A DNA stretch of 64,000 nt. Origin: a virus (taxonomy: Duplodnaviria; Caudoviricetes). The notes under the pieces are model-generated. The model had not been told where the DNA came from, made no database searches, and was given only the letters and a program-made list of their open reading frames with translations. The stretch is taken from positions 7,757 through 71,756 of IMG/VR virus record IMGVR_UViG_3300012979_000040. One strand, written 5' to 3'. Each line of letters starts with the position of its first letter. The stretch's first letter is position 1. Positions 34,706 to 45,742 of the stretch are shown piece by piece. A program made the translations under genes and the position numbers.

Positions 34706-36475
34706 GTGAGTGGCTAAGTAGTTTTGGTATCCTGACCAGTCTGTTAACGGTTTTATTCTACTAGCTAAAGTTTTCCAATTACTATGTGCCTTCATAGCAT
34801 CTACTAAATTAGCTGGAACGTATATATATCCTGCACTTGCTGATAATTTTGATGATCCATTCAATAAAGTAGATATAGCTGATGTTAATTTAGGAACTGT
34901 TCCAATATTAACAAATACTAGCTTAGATAATGATGTCATATTTTGTAGTCCATAAGAGTGAAATTCAACTTCCTGAGCTTCAAACACTATTGTTTCAATT
35001 GTTGAACAATATTGGAAACATCTTGTAATCATATACGTGAAAGTTTTTGGTAAGATTAATTCTGTTATAGATAATTTAGCATTAGTAAATGCATATTCAC
35101 CACAATTTTGAAGGTTACTAAAGTCTGTAAGACCTGTTAATGTAGCACCTTGAAATGCTCCATAAGGTAAATAAACTGATGGTAGTTTTTTTAAGTTAGG
35201 GAATTGGCAATGGTTAAATGCATTAGATCCTGTTAATGTGAAGTCACCTTTGATTTCTTCTACTAATGGAAAGTAACTTCCAGAAAGTAAATTATTTCCA
35301 GTAAACTTACCGTTTAATTCAAGATGTGTTAGTCCAAGACAATTCTTATATCTGAAAACATCTGCTGCAGAGTAAGTAACTCCTGGAAGTTCCCCAATTT
35401 TTAAAGTTGTTAATTTAGGAAGACCTATCATATTGCTTTCCCCTGAAGATCCTGCAAACGCACACATTGCTGGGGTTTTAATTACTAATGATTCTAAGTT
35501 AGGAAATTTTGCACCATAAAATGAATATGTTCCTGAAGAATCCACAGTTAAGTCTTTTATGCTATCAAACGTACAGCTGTAAAATTCATAATTTTTAAAT
35601 GTTGTTTTATTAAAGTTAGTTAAACTAGGGAACTTACACGATGTAAAACTGTAAGTACCAAAGTTATTATCTTCAGGAAATTCTTCTAATATGTCAAATG
35701 TACAGTTATAAAATGCCCCATAAGAATTATTATTTTTATTTTTTGTATTTATTGTTTTAAACATTTTAGTTAAATTACTAAATGTGCACCCATTAAATAC
35801 AGATATATTACCATCAACTGATATAGTTTCTGGTAATTCTATTATATTAGTAAAAGTACAATTGTATATACAGTTTCCAGACTCATCTTGATCAGCTGTA
35901 ACATTTATATTATTACCAAAGTATTCTAAAGAATTTAATCCAGAATTATAAAATGAACCTATTCTCAATTCAACATTATCTGGTATGTTTTTTAATTTAG
36001 GTAAAACTATACCATTAAAACCATTTTTACCTATCTTTGTTAAAGTATTTGGTAGCTCTTCTAAATTACTTAAGTCACAATTTGTAAATGCATTTGATCC
36101 TATATATGTTAAATTTGCAGGAAGCTTTGTTAAATTGGTACAGTTTGTGTACCCTAGAGAATAATTTCCTAGAGATGTAACAGTGTCTGGTAATACAGAT
36201 GCATCAAAGTTCTCTTTTTTATATAATGCATAAGATCCTAAAGTTGTTACATTTTCTGGCCATCTTGTTATATTGCCTCCTAAGGATGTATCCATAAGTG
36301 ACTTGAAATTAAGTTCCCAGTCATTTGCGAATCCTGCTCTATCCATACACTTTCTAATGTCTTCAAAACTAGCATTTTCAGATACATCTGTAAAGCCTAA
36401 TTCGTGTGCTTTCTCAATGCACGCTAGTCTACCTTTTTCTATTTTTTGAAATGTTTTTAATAATTCACTAGCCAT
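34691..36475 (-). CDS. BspA-type leucine-rich-repeat protein, probable receptor-binding tail component
   Basis: LP-x-x-(V/L)T-x-(L/I)G-x-x-(A/S)(F/L) repeats; C-terminal YIYVPANLVDAMK-x-x-SNW. Confidence 0.8.
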   Translation of the reverse strand: MASELLKTFQKIEKGRLACIEKAHELGFTDVSENASFEDIRKCMDRAGFANDWELNFKSLMDTSLGGNITRWPENVTTLGSYALYKKENFDASVLPDTVTSLGNYSLGYTNCTNLTKLPANLTYIGSNAFTNCDLSNLEELPNTLTKIGKNGFNGIVLPKLKNIPDNVELRIGSFYNSGLNSLEYFGNNINVTADQDESGNCIYNCTFTNIIELPETISVDGNISVFNGCTFSNLTKMFKTINTKNKNNNSYGAFYNCTFDILEEFPEDNNFGTYSFTSCKFPSLTNFNKTTFKNYEFYSCTFDSIKDLTVDSSGTYSFYGAKFPNLESLVIKTPAMCAFAGSSGESNMIGLPKLTTLKIGELPGVTYSAADVFRYKNCLGLTHLELNGKFTGNNLLSGSYFPLVEEIKGDFTLTGSNAFNHCQFPNLKKLPSVYLPYGAFQGATLTGLTDFSNLQNCGEYAFTNAKLSITELILPKTFTYMITRCFQYCSTIETIVFEAQEVEFHSYGLQNMTSLSKLVFVNIGTVPKLTSAISTLLNGSSKLSASAGYIYVPANLVDAMKAHSNWKTLASRIKPLTDWSGYQNYLATHSTEE

Positions 36476-36740
36476 TAGTTATATCCTCCATTTCTGTGTA
36501 GAAGTCTATAAGTGCTTGGCACTTTGCAACCTCTTCATTAGTATAATTATTTTCATTCATTGGCTCTGGGTATTTTAAATGATCTGACATTCTCATGTAA
36601 TCTTCTGTTGTTGGTTTAATTAGTTTGATGCGATCTGGATAGTTATCTACTGCGATTTCATCAGTAGTTTCATCCATATATCTAATAGCATCTGCTATAT
36701 TCTTAAGAGATTCTTCTTTAACTATATAAGTAGTATTCAT
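36468..36740 (-). CDS. tail-fibre-associated small protein
   Basis: YIVKEESLKNIADAIR motif typical of fibre N-termini. Confidence 0.6.
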   Translation of the reverse strand: MNTTYIVKEESLKNIADAIRYMDETTDEIAVDNYPDRIKLIKPTTEDYMRMSDHLKYPEPMNENNYTNEEVAKCQALIDFYTEMEDITNG

Positions 36741-37321
36741 TAGAAGCTCACCTCTTCTGCTACAGTAATAGTAGTTTCATCAGAAGTGTCAATCCATACT
36801 CCTACGGCTGGATCAGTTGGTTCTGTATTACCCATGTGTACTCCACTGTTACCTGTAGCTTTTACTCCAGTATTTATATCTCCTATGTACCAGTTATTAT
36901 CTGATCCAACACTAGGTAATGAATGATCTCTAACATAGTTAACTCTTTCAATAAGAGCATTAAGGTCAGTCTTAAGAGCTACTCTATCATCTAATGCATT
37001 AAGTCTACGTTCAAGATTATTATATTTATTAAATAACATATTAATATTAAGTTTAGCATAATCATGATTAGTATCTATTGCATTAAAAGCTTTTACTAAT
37101 TCCCTAGCTAATCTATCCATCTCATCAAGTATAGGGAAGTTGGATATTTCAGAATATTTATTTCTATCACCTTTAGGTATTCTATCTTTCATTATATAGA
37201 TTCTACCAGCTAATTCATTTATAGCAGTGATTAAATTGTTTTTCATTTCAGTAAGCTCTTCTGCTGTAAGGTCCGATCTAGGTACGAAATCAGGTATTGC
37301 ACCTGGTGCTATGTATTGCAT
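36740..37321 (-). CDS. coiled-coil tail/collar protein
   Basis: heptad region, NNWYIGDINTGVKATG, VWIDTS. Confidence 0.65.
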   Translation of the reverse strand: MQYIAPGAIPDFVPRSDLTAEELTEMKNNLITAINELAGRIYIMKDRIPKGDRNKYSEISNFPILDEMDRLARELVKAFNAIDTNHDYAKLNINMLFNKYNNLERRLNALDDRVALKTDLNALIERVNYVRDHSLPSVGSDNNWYIGDINTGVKATGNSGVHMGNTEPTDPAVGVWIDTSDETTITVAEEVSF

Positions 37322-37515
37322 TTGTCTTTCCTCCTTTTCAAAGACTTTGGTGTTTCAACATAACCAAAGCTTTCTAATAATTCGTCAAAGGGCATACCAC
37401 ATAGTGGGCCCCATATTTTAGTTGTGAGTTCAAGAGCTGCATCATTTAGCAACTCCTGATCTCCTGCTCTTCTAGCTGCGAAATAGTCTTGTAATATCTC
37501 AGTTACTGATCTCAT
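37309..37515 (-). CDS. hypothetical protein (68 aa)
   Basis: packed ORF. Confidence 0.6.
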   Translation of the reverse strand: MRSVTEILQDYFAARRAGDQELLNDAALELTTKIWGPLCGMPFDELLESFGYVETPKSLKRRKDKCNT

Positions 37516-40370
37516 TGTCTTATTATCTCCCTATATAATTTTTCTCTAGTAAAGTCTGGTAAGTCACTGCTAGTATAACTAAAGTTGATACCGCTTAGAG
37601 TAAATGCTTGATTACCTAACAATTCTATTTCAACACTACAACTTAAGAATGGGAATCTCCATTTAGGTGTTAATGTTTTAGATGCAAAGTTAGGCCTGTT
37701 TAATGTCGCAGTATCTAGAGGTATTCCTTTAGATAATATTTGTACAGGCTTATCCATAGGATCAACATAATCTAATCTATGTTCTTTACCATAATTTAAT
37801 ATATCATCAAATGACATAGGTGTGCTTGTTTTTAATTGATCTGTAATGAATGTCGTATCTATAAAAGCCTCATTGTTGTTGCTATAAATTTCATAGTCTG
37901 CTTCATTATATATTTTAAAATCCATCTTTGAGTTCTTTGTGTATCCTCTATTGTAATATATACAAGCAGAGTCAAGGAATTTACATAATGCTGGTGCTTC
38001 CATATCATAAGCTTTTGTTATTATACGCATCTTATAGTGGTCATACATATATTTAATAGAGTCTGGTATTATTAGTTCTTGAGTATAAGAAGTGCCGTCA
38101 TCTCTATCAAAACGTATTACATCCCCATTTGATAATACATAACATGGGTATCCTTCGACATGTATAATACCAGTTATATCGAATAGGTAACTTACATCTC
38201 TTAACCAAGGATATTGTACTTTAGTTGTGTTAGAATATTGTCTACCATTTCTAAAGTAACACTTCCATTTTAATCCTGGTTTCATTTTAAACTTTTCCAT
38301 GTATACTGTTTTGTTAGATTTGTTTTTATAATAGTCACCTTTGTACGCTTCAACTGTATCCTCAGAAGGTTTAGTATCTGTATCAGAGAAATGTCCTTGA
38401 TGAGGAAGTATTAAACTATAACAACCATCTTCTATTTCTGAGAAAATTTCATCAGGTTTTAAACATCCTGCATAGCCATGAAAATCTGAATCTAATTGTT
38501 CATTCTTTTTAGGTTGACGTATTCTTTCTAAAGGTAATTCAATATTACCTAAAGGTTGTTTAATCATATCATTAATTGTTTCTACTTTAACAGTATCTGT
38601 ATTAGACAGTCCAGTAGAATCAAGAATGTATATATCTTTTCTATATTTAAATATAACGAAATTATCTGCTATCTGCATTGAATTGTATGCATCACAGCTA
38701 ACATTGCTATTAACTATTTTACGTTGATAAGGGCTGTAGTACTCATCTCTATTATAGTCATCACCATTACCTGTAACAACACTAATGTTACCACCAAGTT
38801 GTTCATTGTCTGCGAATACTACAATGTTAGTATCAAATACTGCTACAGCTACTAAGCTTTCGTTCTTAGTTGTTTTAAAACACAATGACATATTCTTAGT
38901 AATATAGTTGTACTGACTAACAACAGTTTTAAACCAACTACCTGTATTGTATGCATCATCATAGAACAATGCTTTCTGTCCATCAGCTGTTACCTTAGTA
39001 CATGAATGTATGTAGTAGAAGTATTGATCAACATCATGATAACTTGGTGTATATGTTTGATGTAGTCTAAAAGTTTGGTGTGTTCTACTATGTCTAGCCG
39101 ATGCTTGTAATGAAACTAAGTCACCATCTGTATCTCTAACTGGAGTAGTTTCTTTTGTAGACGTATCAAAGTGAGATTCAAACTGGTTAGTTATTGTACA
39201 TCTAACAAGTATCGCAGATATTGTATCGGTTTCATTTGGGTTATAAGCTGTTATATCTCTACCGAGTATTGTTTTTAACAATGCTGGGGATAAAGTTATG
39301 GTGTGTTTTCCTTTTGACCAATGCTTACCATCTTCTACTCCTAGCTTAGTTTTATTTAACTCTTCATCCCAATACCAAACTGTTTTCCACTCTGTATCTA
39401 GAGTTTGATTAGTTTGAGAACTGTCACTGAATTCAACGTATTTGACTTCCCACTTATAGAAGAAATCAGATTTGTCAAACCCATCTTCAATAGAAGATAT
39501 AGTTTTGAATTCCCAAAGATTATCCTCTTTATCTGTAGTTAGATTCCAAGGTTTTGGCATTATGAAATCTAATTGAGTTATTGGTGCACCAGGCATATCA
39601 GCTATGTGATAGTATGGGAATGGACTTAAAAAGTTAGGACCTATTCTTGAATAATCAAGTGCAGGAGGTTTCTTTGCTCCTAGTATTTCTGCTTTAAGCA
39701 TGTATTGATCTGTACCTATGCCATAATTTATTTCAGATACTTTTAATATTCTTGTACCTGTAGCCATAATAAAGTAATCATCAACAGGTATACCTTGGAT
39801 ACGTTTAGTATTTTGTATTATTAAAGTTTCCTCATATACATCTTCGACTGGATCTACATCTTCGCCAGGATTTAATGCTTCTCCTGTACCCATACTCTTT
39901 TTGAATTTATATATAAAACCTTCATGATCATCTTCCATAAGCTCTGTTATGAAATTATAATCCTCTGTATATGTATCTAGGTTAGCTATATAGTTTTCAG
40001 TATCTAATATTTCTGTTCTTACAAAATCCATTGTAAGTATATTCATTGTTACTTCTTCTGAATTACCAAAGTCTCCAAAATATATATGACCATTTCTTAC
40101 AGATATTATCCAAGTGTTATTAGGCGTTGCCCATAAAAAATCTCCTTGAGGTCTAGTATCTGTTTTGTCTGGAAAAATTAATGTTTTAAGTTTTGATGCT
40201 CCTGGTCTATTTATAAGTGCACCATTACTGTAGTGGCAATTAAGTGCATCTCTTAATTCGTTTGGTTGTAATGATTCATTGCTTAAACTTGTATTGATTC
40301 CCCCATCAAAGTTTCTATACGAAGCTGGAGGATCATACACTGGCAATGGATATTTTTTAGTTAGACTCAT
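37512..40370 (-). CDS. podovirus tail nozzle / tail tubular protein B-like
   Basis: N-terminal NFDGGINT...L-x-PNE-x-x-DALNC...GALINRPG, beta-propeller-like composition, position after the adaptor. Confidence 0.75.
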   Translation of the reverse strand: MSLTKKYPLPVYDPPASYRNFDGGINTSLSNESLQPNELRDALNCHYSNGALINRPGASKLKTLIFPDKTDTRPQGDFLWATPNNTWIISVRNGHIYFGDFGNSEEVTMNILTMDFVRTEILDTENYIANLDTYTEDYNFITELMEDDHEGFIYKFKKSMGTGEALNPGEDVDPVEDVYEETLIIQNTKRIQGIPVDDYFIMATGTRILKVSEINYGIGTDQYMLKAEILGAKKPPALDYSRIGPNFLSPFPYYHIADMPGAPITQLDFIMPKPWNLTTDKEDNLWEFKTISSIEDGFDKSDFFYKWEVKYVEFSDSSQTNQTLDTEWKTVWYWDEELNKTKLGVEDGKHWSKGKHTITLSPALLKTILGRDITAYNPNETDTISAILVRCTITNQFESHFDTSTKETTPVRDTDGDLVSLQASARHSRTHQTFRLHQTYTPSYHDVDQYFYYIHSCTKVTADGQKALFYDDAYNTGSWFKTVVSQYNYITKNMSLCFKTTKNESLVAVAVFDTNIVVFADNEQLGGNISVVTGNGDDYNRDEYYSPYQRKIVNSNVSCDAYNSMQIADNFVIFKYRKDIYILDSTGLSNTDTVKVETINDMIKQPLGNIELPLERIRQPKKNEQLDSDFHGYAGCLKPDEIFSEIEDGCYSLILPHQGHFSDTDTKPSEDTVEAYKGDYYKNKSNKTVYMEKFKMKPGLKWKCYFRNGRQYSNTTKVQYPWLRDVSYLFDITGIIHVEGYPCYVLSNGDVIRFDRDDGTSYTQELIIPDSIKYMYDHYKMRIITKAYDMEAPALCKFLDSACIYYNRGYTKNSKMDFKIYNEADYEIYSNNNEAFIDTTFITDQLKTSTPMSFDDILNYGKEHRLDYVDPMDKPVQILSKGIPLDTATLNRPNFASKTLTPKWRFPFLSCSVEIELLGNQAFTLSGINFSYTSSDLPDFTREKLYREIIRQ

Positions 40371-40373
40371 ATA

Positions 40374-41060
40374 TTACATATGCTCCAATATCTTTGTACC
40401 TTGCTCTCTATCGTAGTCATCTTCATGAGCTACAGTAGCAGTAATGTCTTCTACAAAGTACTTATAATTATTTAATGCCATCTGAATTCTTTCAAACTCT
40501 TTACCGTATCTATTATATATTTGGTATATACCATATAATACAATAGCGTCTTCATATTCTCTACGTACATCTATAACTGTTATGTCATAGTTCTCTACCT
40601 TTGGTTCTTCTGGTACTGTAATCTTTTTATCATATCCAAATCGTACATCTATAACTTCAGCATCACGATCTCTTAGTTCAAAGTATACTCTACCATTGTT
40701 AGTGTAGTATATTAAGCCTTGCTCTATATTAGTGAATGCAGTTCTTAAATGTTTATCAGATGTGACAATGTTATTTATTCTATCATCTGTAATAGATAGT
40801 CTTAATCCTAATAACATAGTTCCTCTGATACCTACTTTAAGATATAAGATTCTTCTTAGATTTTCTGGTATCTCAAATGAGTATAGTCCATCTCCATGAT
40901 TCTCAGGTTCAATTTGTATTTCACAAAAGTCTCTGTAGCCACGGCTTGATAAATCTGCCATACTGTTTTCAACTATAGCTTGCATAGTACCAGGTGTTAA
41001 TACATCAAGACCAGTACTCTCTCTTATTCTTCTATAAAGTTTACCGTAAGTAAATGCCAT
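40374..41060 (-). CDS. head-tail adaptor / tail tubular protein A-like
   Basis: size and position between MCP and nozzle; helical N- and C-termini. Confidence 0.65.
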   Translation of the reverse strand: MAFTYGKLYRRIRESTGLDVLTPGTMQAIVENSMADLSSRGYRDFCEIQIEPENHGDGLYSFEIPENLRRILYLKVGIRGTMLLGLRLSITDDRINNIVTSDKHLRTAFTNIEQGLIYYTNNGRVYFELRDRDAEVIDVRFGYDKKITVPEEPKVENYDITVIDVRREYEDAIVLYGIYQIYNRYGKEFERIQMALNNYKYFVEDITATVAHEDDYDREQGTKILEHM

Positions 41061-41446
41061 TATAAATCCCTCCCAATCATTTTTTCTATAGTAGTTAGTG
41101 CCCTTTGTTGTAATAACTCCATGCCCCTACCATCGTAGAGATCTAGAGTAGCATTAGTTATTTCTCTGTCTGCTTGAATTTCTTGTGAGAACTTTCTATT
41201 GTCGTTAGCTCTATAATCTGTTACCAACCATCCATGAAGTATTTCATCAGGTATAGTAGCATTCAAACTCTCTTGGTTATATTTAAAGCTTCTTATAGAA
41301 TGTAACTCATAAGTGTCCTTACTTTTATTAAATAACAATAATAAGTTATTTCCTGATGCCTTAAGAATTCTTTCATACATATTATTAATTCTTACAGGCT
41401 TTAAATATGGGAATGATCTTAGAAATTTCTCAATCATAACACACAA
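41060..41446 (-). CDS. hypothetical structural-region protein
   Basis: RBS AAGGAG. Confidence 0.65.
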   Translation of the reverse strand: MCVMIEKFLRSFPYLKPVRINNMYERILKASGNNLLLLFNKSKDTYELHSIRSFKYNQESLNATIPDEILHGWLVTDYRANDNRKFSQEIQADREITNATLDLYDGRGMELLQQRALTTIEKMIGRDL

Positions 41447-41467
41447 CTCCTTCAGTTTAATTATATC

Positions 41468-41494
41468 AAAAAAGAGAGATATAGTCTATCTCTC
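41468..41494 (-). terminator. terminator after the major capsid gene
   Basis: GAGAGATA-5-TATCTCTC then TTTTTT on the - strand. Confidence 0.8.
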
Positions 41495-41510
41495 CTCTAT
41501 GATCATACGA

Positions 41511-42800
41511 TTAGTCGTTTAATACGTATTCTTCAGCAGCGTTAACAAATCCAGCGTGAGATTTGAATGCATCGATATACATGTCAGCATATTTAGTCAT
41601 GATACCTTCATACATTTCTGATCCATCTCTTCTTTCTAGGATTGTATGAGTTCCGCTTGTTAACCAAGAGAATTCTTTTCTTACTAATTCACCGATTTTA
41701 TCTGTGTCTAGTAATACTACGTTTTTATCTCTTGAGTATTTATCTTTATATAATTGATAAGTATCAAATATAATGTTCTTTCTTCCTAAGTGGAAAGCTT
41801 GTCCAGCTGTATCAATTGTATAATCTTTGAATTGATACATTTGTTTTTCAACTGTAGAAATAATTTTGTGGTTAGATGCTACTAATTTAACTGAGCTATC
41901 ATCAGCACAACTTACTTCAATATGGTCAGCCATATCTCTTAATTTAGATTCAGTTAAGATTTCATTTTTTAAATCTTCTACTGTGCAGTTCAATGTTTTG
42001 AATTCACTTCTGTCTACTCCGAAGATTGTGTTATCTTGAGTAAATACGATATCTTGGATACCAGTGTATTCATCAACAATGTTAGCTTTGTTTAATTGTC
42101 TAGAGTAAACTTCAGCACCTGCTTTGATTTCAGTAACTGTTTCTCCTTCAGCTAAATCTAAGAATACGATAACTTTTTCTACTCCTACACCTGCAGAATA
42201 TTTTTGCCATACTTTACCTTGGTATCTGTTTGAACCGTCAACGATTAATACACCCATACCTGGTAAAATAGATAAGCTGTTAGTCATTTCGAAATCAGCT
42301 GTATATAATGGTAATTTCTTTTGTGTATCTGGAGCTTTGATAACTGCATCAGCTTTTAATGCACCAATCTTACCGTTCTTAGAACCATAAGTGAATCTGT
42401 TCATAGTGTGTTTTAAAGCTAAGTTCATTCTTCCTAAGCTATCATTTAATACGTCAAAGATTGAACCATCAGTAGTTCCTTTAACGATTGTTTCATCAGT
42501 AATAGCGAAGATACCCATTAATTTAGTAGTATCAAATCTAGCTTCTACTGTTTCAACAGCGTTAGTGTAGTCTGTAGCTTTTAATACATAGCTATCATTT
42601 CCATCTCCTAACATTCTGATGTTATCTGTAACACCTAATGCGAAGTTTTTAGTTTTATATTTTCCAACTAAAGTATCTTTTTTGATGTGGTTAATCAATG
42701 CTTCCATAGTGTTGAATTCATTTTGTAACCCATCAGTGTATTCGATCTTTAAAAATTCTTCTAAAGAATCTCTTACATTAATTTTATTAAAATTAATCAT
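41511..42800 (-). CDS. major capsid protein (HK97 fold)
   Basis: 429 aa after the scaffold and portal genes, followed by a terminator; IFGVDRS...L motif. Confidence 0.85.
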   Translation of the reverse strand: MINFNKINVRDSLEEFLKIEYTDGLQNEFNTMEALINHIKKDTLVGKYKTKNFALGVTDNIRMLGDGNDSYVLKATDYTNAVETVEARFDTTKLMGIFAITDETIVKGTTDGSIFDVLNDSLGRMNLALKHTMNRFTYGSKNGKIGALKADAVIKAPDTQKKLPLYTADFEMTNSLSILPGMGVLIVDGSNRYQGKVWQKYSAGVGVEKVIVFLDLAEGETVTEIKAGAEVYSRQLNKANIVDEYTGIQDIVFTQDNTIFGVDRSEFKTLNCTVEDLKNEILTESKLRDMADHIEVSCADDSSVKLVASNHKIISTVEKQMYQFKDYTIDTAGQAFHLGRKNIIFDTYQLYKDKYSRDKNVVLLDTDKIGELVRKEFSWLTSGTHTILERRDGSEMYEGIMTKYADMYIDAFKSHAGFVNAAEEYVLND

Positions 42801-42813
42801 TGTTTATTCCTCC

Positions 42814-43470
42814 CTATTCGAATTTGGTTGAATCGAATCCGTTAAGAAGTCTTGTCTTGAAACTTGCCATAGCGTCTTTAGTATTAGCCACTGTAGGTCT
42901 AGATACAGGCGTTGGCGTAGTCATTTGTAGGTCCTCGTTTGTCATCCCAGGATTTTGCATCCTAGCAACTTGTTCAGCTATAGCAGTAGGATTAACCGGA
43001 TTAACTGGTTGAGCTACTTGTATAGCAACATTTTTCTTTTGATTTATTACATGACTTGGATTAGCATATGCTTTTCCTAGTACTAAATGGAATGCATCAA
43101 TAATATATTTAACTGAAACATTAGCTTCATTCATATAAGTATTTAAGAATGTGTCAACTTCTGGTTTGATTAAATCAAAAGTTTCTTCTCCAATACTATT
43201 TCTAACTTGAGAGTAAGCTTGTTCTGTATAATCTTCTCTTCTTTTCTTTTGAAAATATTCTACCACTTCAGGTGGGAATTCTTTCTGATTATTAACAGTG
43301 TTCTTAACATTGTTCATGTTAGTTTCTAATGTTTGATTCTTTTGTTCCAACTTTGTTATGTATGCATTTTGGTTTGAGCGTTGAGATTCTAAACTAGAAA
43401 TAGTTGTATCTTTAGCTTTTACTAATCCCTCTAACTCTTCAATCTTGGCTTTCATTTGTTCTTCTGTCAT
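42814..43470 (-). CDS. capsid scaffolding protein
   Basis: coiled-coil N-terminus, Pro-rich linker, located between portal and MCP. Confidence 0.75.
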   Translation of the reverse strand: MTEEQMKAKIEELEGLVKAKDTTISSLESQRSNQNAYITKLEQKNQTLETNMNNVKNTVNNQKEFPPEVVEYFQKKRREDYTEQAYSQVRNSIGEETFDLIKPEVDTFLNTYMNEANVSVKYIIDAFHLVLGKAYANPSHVINQKKNVAIQVAQPVNPVNPTAIAEQVARMQNPGMTNEDLQMTTPTPVSRPTVANTKDAMASFKTRLLNGFDSTKFE

Positions 43471-43527
43471 TGTCTATTCCTCCTTTGTATGCTGTACCGA
43501 TAATAATCCTTGGCGTTTCCGCTGTAA

Positions 43528-45435
43528 CTATTTCACAAATGCCTTGGCATCTTGATAAACATTTTGACTTTCAGTGCCTTGCTTATACTCAGAGTGCTTC
43601 TTTATGTGTTCGTCTAATTTAGCCATAACATATTCGTACATAGCTGGATTAGAAGATTTTAAATTACGAACATAAGAACTCATTCTAAATAAAGAGTGCT
43701 CTAGTATATGCTGTGAGTGGTTATCCCAGTCATTAACTTCAGTGTCGATCTTATCTAGGATACATCTATGTTCATCGCTAATTTGATCATGACTAGCTCT
43801 TTCCATAGGATCTAGTGTATCTTTAAGGAAGCCAGAGTTTAAGGCATCCAAGATCTCTAACTTTGTTACATAAGATAACCCAGTTTGTGGATTGTATACT
43901 CCCAAATTCGCAGCTTGTGTCATACGAAGTTGACGAGCTTGATCTGATTGCATCAGGAATTCCCTGTTAACAATTTCCAGATTCTCTGGGTCTAACTCTC
44001 CTAATTTATATTTTACCATATAACTATCTAGTTTTGCAAGTTGTAGAACTTTTGAAAGGATTTTCTGTCTTTCTTTTTCTACATAACACACTTGTTTAAA
44101 TAGTTCTATTAAACATTCACCAACATTATCTATAGCGTTTGTTAGTTTGTTTTGGTCTGCTTCACCAATCTTATCTGCAACACCATCTGTTCTTACAGAA
44201 CTTTTACTCATACCGTAGGCAGATATTTGTGATAGTCCTGCAGTTACTAACATATCTTCTTCAATAGATTTAAGATAGTTAATAATTTCATTACCAACTT
44301 GAGCTTTCTGTACTGGCTCAGGTCTTTTGGCATTACGTTTAATCATAATGAATTGACCAGGCTTATTAGTTACTCCATCAGGATTTACTAATGAGTCTTT
44401 CCAAACATACATCTGACCAATAGATAAATGGTTAATGTGTTCTAATAATCTATTCTTAACACTATTGTAAGTATCTTGAATAGGAATTATCTGACTATAA
44501 ACTGTAACACTAACTAGGTGATTAGGTACAGTTTGTAGATTCATAGGGATGAAAGGAATAGCCCTTCTATTGTATGAATTATCATATGGTAATTCGCCTT
44601 CATACAATATCTTCTCATTAATGATTACAACAAATTGTCCTTTAGGGTGAAGAGCATCCGGCTTACGATAATACTCATATACATAGGCATATTTGTTTTG
44701 CTCATATTTATCATTATCTGAGAATCTAGATGAATCCAAAAAATATCTTGGGTCGATATCTTCTGCTCTAGCTTCGAATCCCCAGCGTTTACAAATGTAT
44801 TCTAACGAAAACATTCTTCTATGACACAATTCAGAAATGTCTTCCATTGATTCAACTGCAAGAGAATCTACAAGAATCTCATGCATTGGGATTACATCTA
44901 TGAATACACGTCCTTCTCTTATTTTTCTTGTTCCTTGTACTTTAAAATCATCATCCTCAGGTTTAGTAATAGTAATATCTTTCGAAAGAATTTCATCACC
45001 TTTACTCCAATCTATACCAATTTTAAACCATACAAGACCAAATATATCAGCGTGTTGTACAGCCTTTTTATATTTAGCTGTGAAGTTAATATCTTTTCTG
45101 AAAGTATCCAGAAACTTATTCCCTTCCATGGCATTTGTTATAGTTTCTTCTCTATTATCTGTACCCTTAAAACCAATCAATGGTTGGTTCTGAGAAAGAA
45201 TACCATAACGAGTTAAATATATAGGTAACATTCTGTTGAATATTTTTCTTTCTAAATATAGACCATGTACGTTTTTTAAACCTTCAATGGCTAATGTTCG
45301 TTCATTTATTCTTTTATATTGATACCCTTGAATATAACCTTTACTAAGTTCACCAGATAAAACGAAGGGTCTCAATCTTAATTCAGCATCTCTAATGAAT
45401 GACTGAATATGATTTAATAATGGACTATTCTTCAT
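43528..45435 (-). CDS. portal protein (P22/podovirus-like)
   Basis: 635 aa; FIDVIPMHEILVD, Q-x-x-YN-x-x-K, NKPGQFI; located downstream of TerL. Confidence 0.88.
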   Translation of the reverse strand: MKNSPLLNHIQSFIRDAELRLRPFVLSGELSKGYIQGYQYKRINERTLAIEGLKNVHGLYLERKIFNRMLPIYLTRYGILSQNQPLIGFKGTDNREETITNAMEGNKFLDTFRKDINFTAKYKKAVQHADIFGLVWFKIGIDWSKGDEILSKDITITKPEDDDFKVQGTRKIREGRVFIDVIPMHEILVDSLAVESMEDISELCHRRMFSLEYICKRWGFEARAEDIDPRYFLDSSRFSDNDKYEQNKYAYVYEYYRKPDALHPKGQFVVIINEKILYEGELPYDNSYNRRAIPFIPMNLQTVPNHLVSVTVYSQIIPIQDTYNSVKNRLLEHINHLSIGQMYVWKDSLVNPDGVTNKPGQFIMIKRNAKRPEPVQKAQVGNEIINYLKSIEEDMLVTAGLSQISAYGMSKSSVRTDGVADKIGEADQNKLTNAIDNVGECLIELFKQVCYVEKERQKILSKVLQLAKLDSYMVKYKLGELDPENLEIVNREFLMQSDQARQLRMTQAANLGVYNPQTGLSYVTKLEILDALNSGFLKDTLDPMERASHDQISDEHRCILDKIDTEVNDWDNHSQHILEHSLFRMSSYVRNLKSSNPAMYEYVMAKLDEHIKKHSEYKQGTESQNVYQDAKAFVK

Positions 45436-45734
45436 TATTCAGAATCTCCAGCGTATGGGTCATAGTTATGAGGATTGAATCCTTCACCAATCACTGTATC
45501 ATCTTCATTTAATATATCATTGTAGCTAGCTGAGTAGTCTTCTCTATCAACTACATCATTAATCTTAGGAGTTTCAAATTGGATATTACCAAGTATATCT
45601 CCAATAGTAGCTACCATTCTTTTGTTAATAGTACTTAATAATTGCATAAAGTTATATAGGAGGATAGATCCTATAATACTAAATACTAATACAAGTACTA
45701 CAACAACTAAACATAATGTTTCTATTGTTGTCAT
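45435..45734 (-). CDS. membrane-anchored hypothetical protein
   Basis: N-terminal TM segment LCLVVVVLVLVFSIIGSILL. Confidence 0.7.
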   Translation of the reverse strand: MTTIETLCLVVVVLVLVFSIIGSILLYNFMQLLSTINKRMVATIGDILGNIQFETPKINDVVDREDYSASYNDILNEDDTVIGEGFNPHNYDPYAGDSE

Positions 45735-45742
45735 ATATCCTC

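Noticed and set aside
34691-37321. Diversity-generating retroelement targeting the LRR or fibre genes
   Set aside because: No reverse transcriptase and no template/variable repeat pair seen in the window
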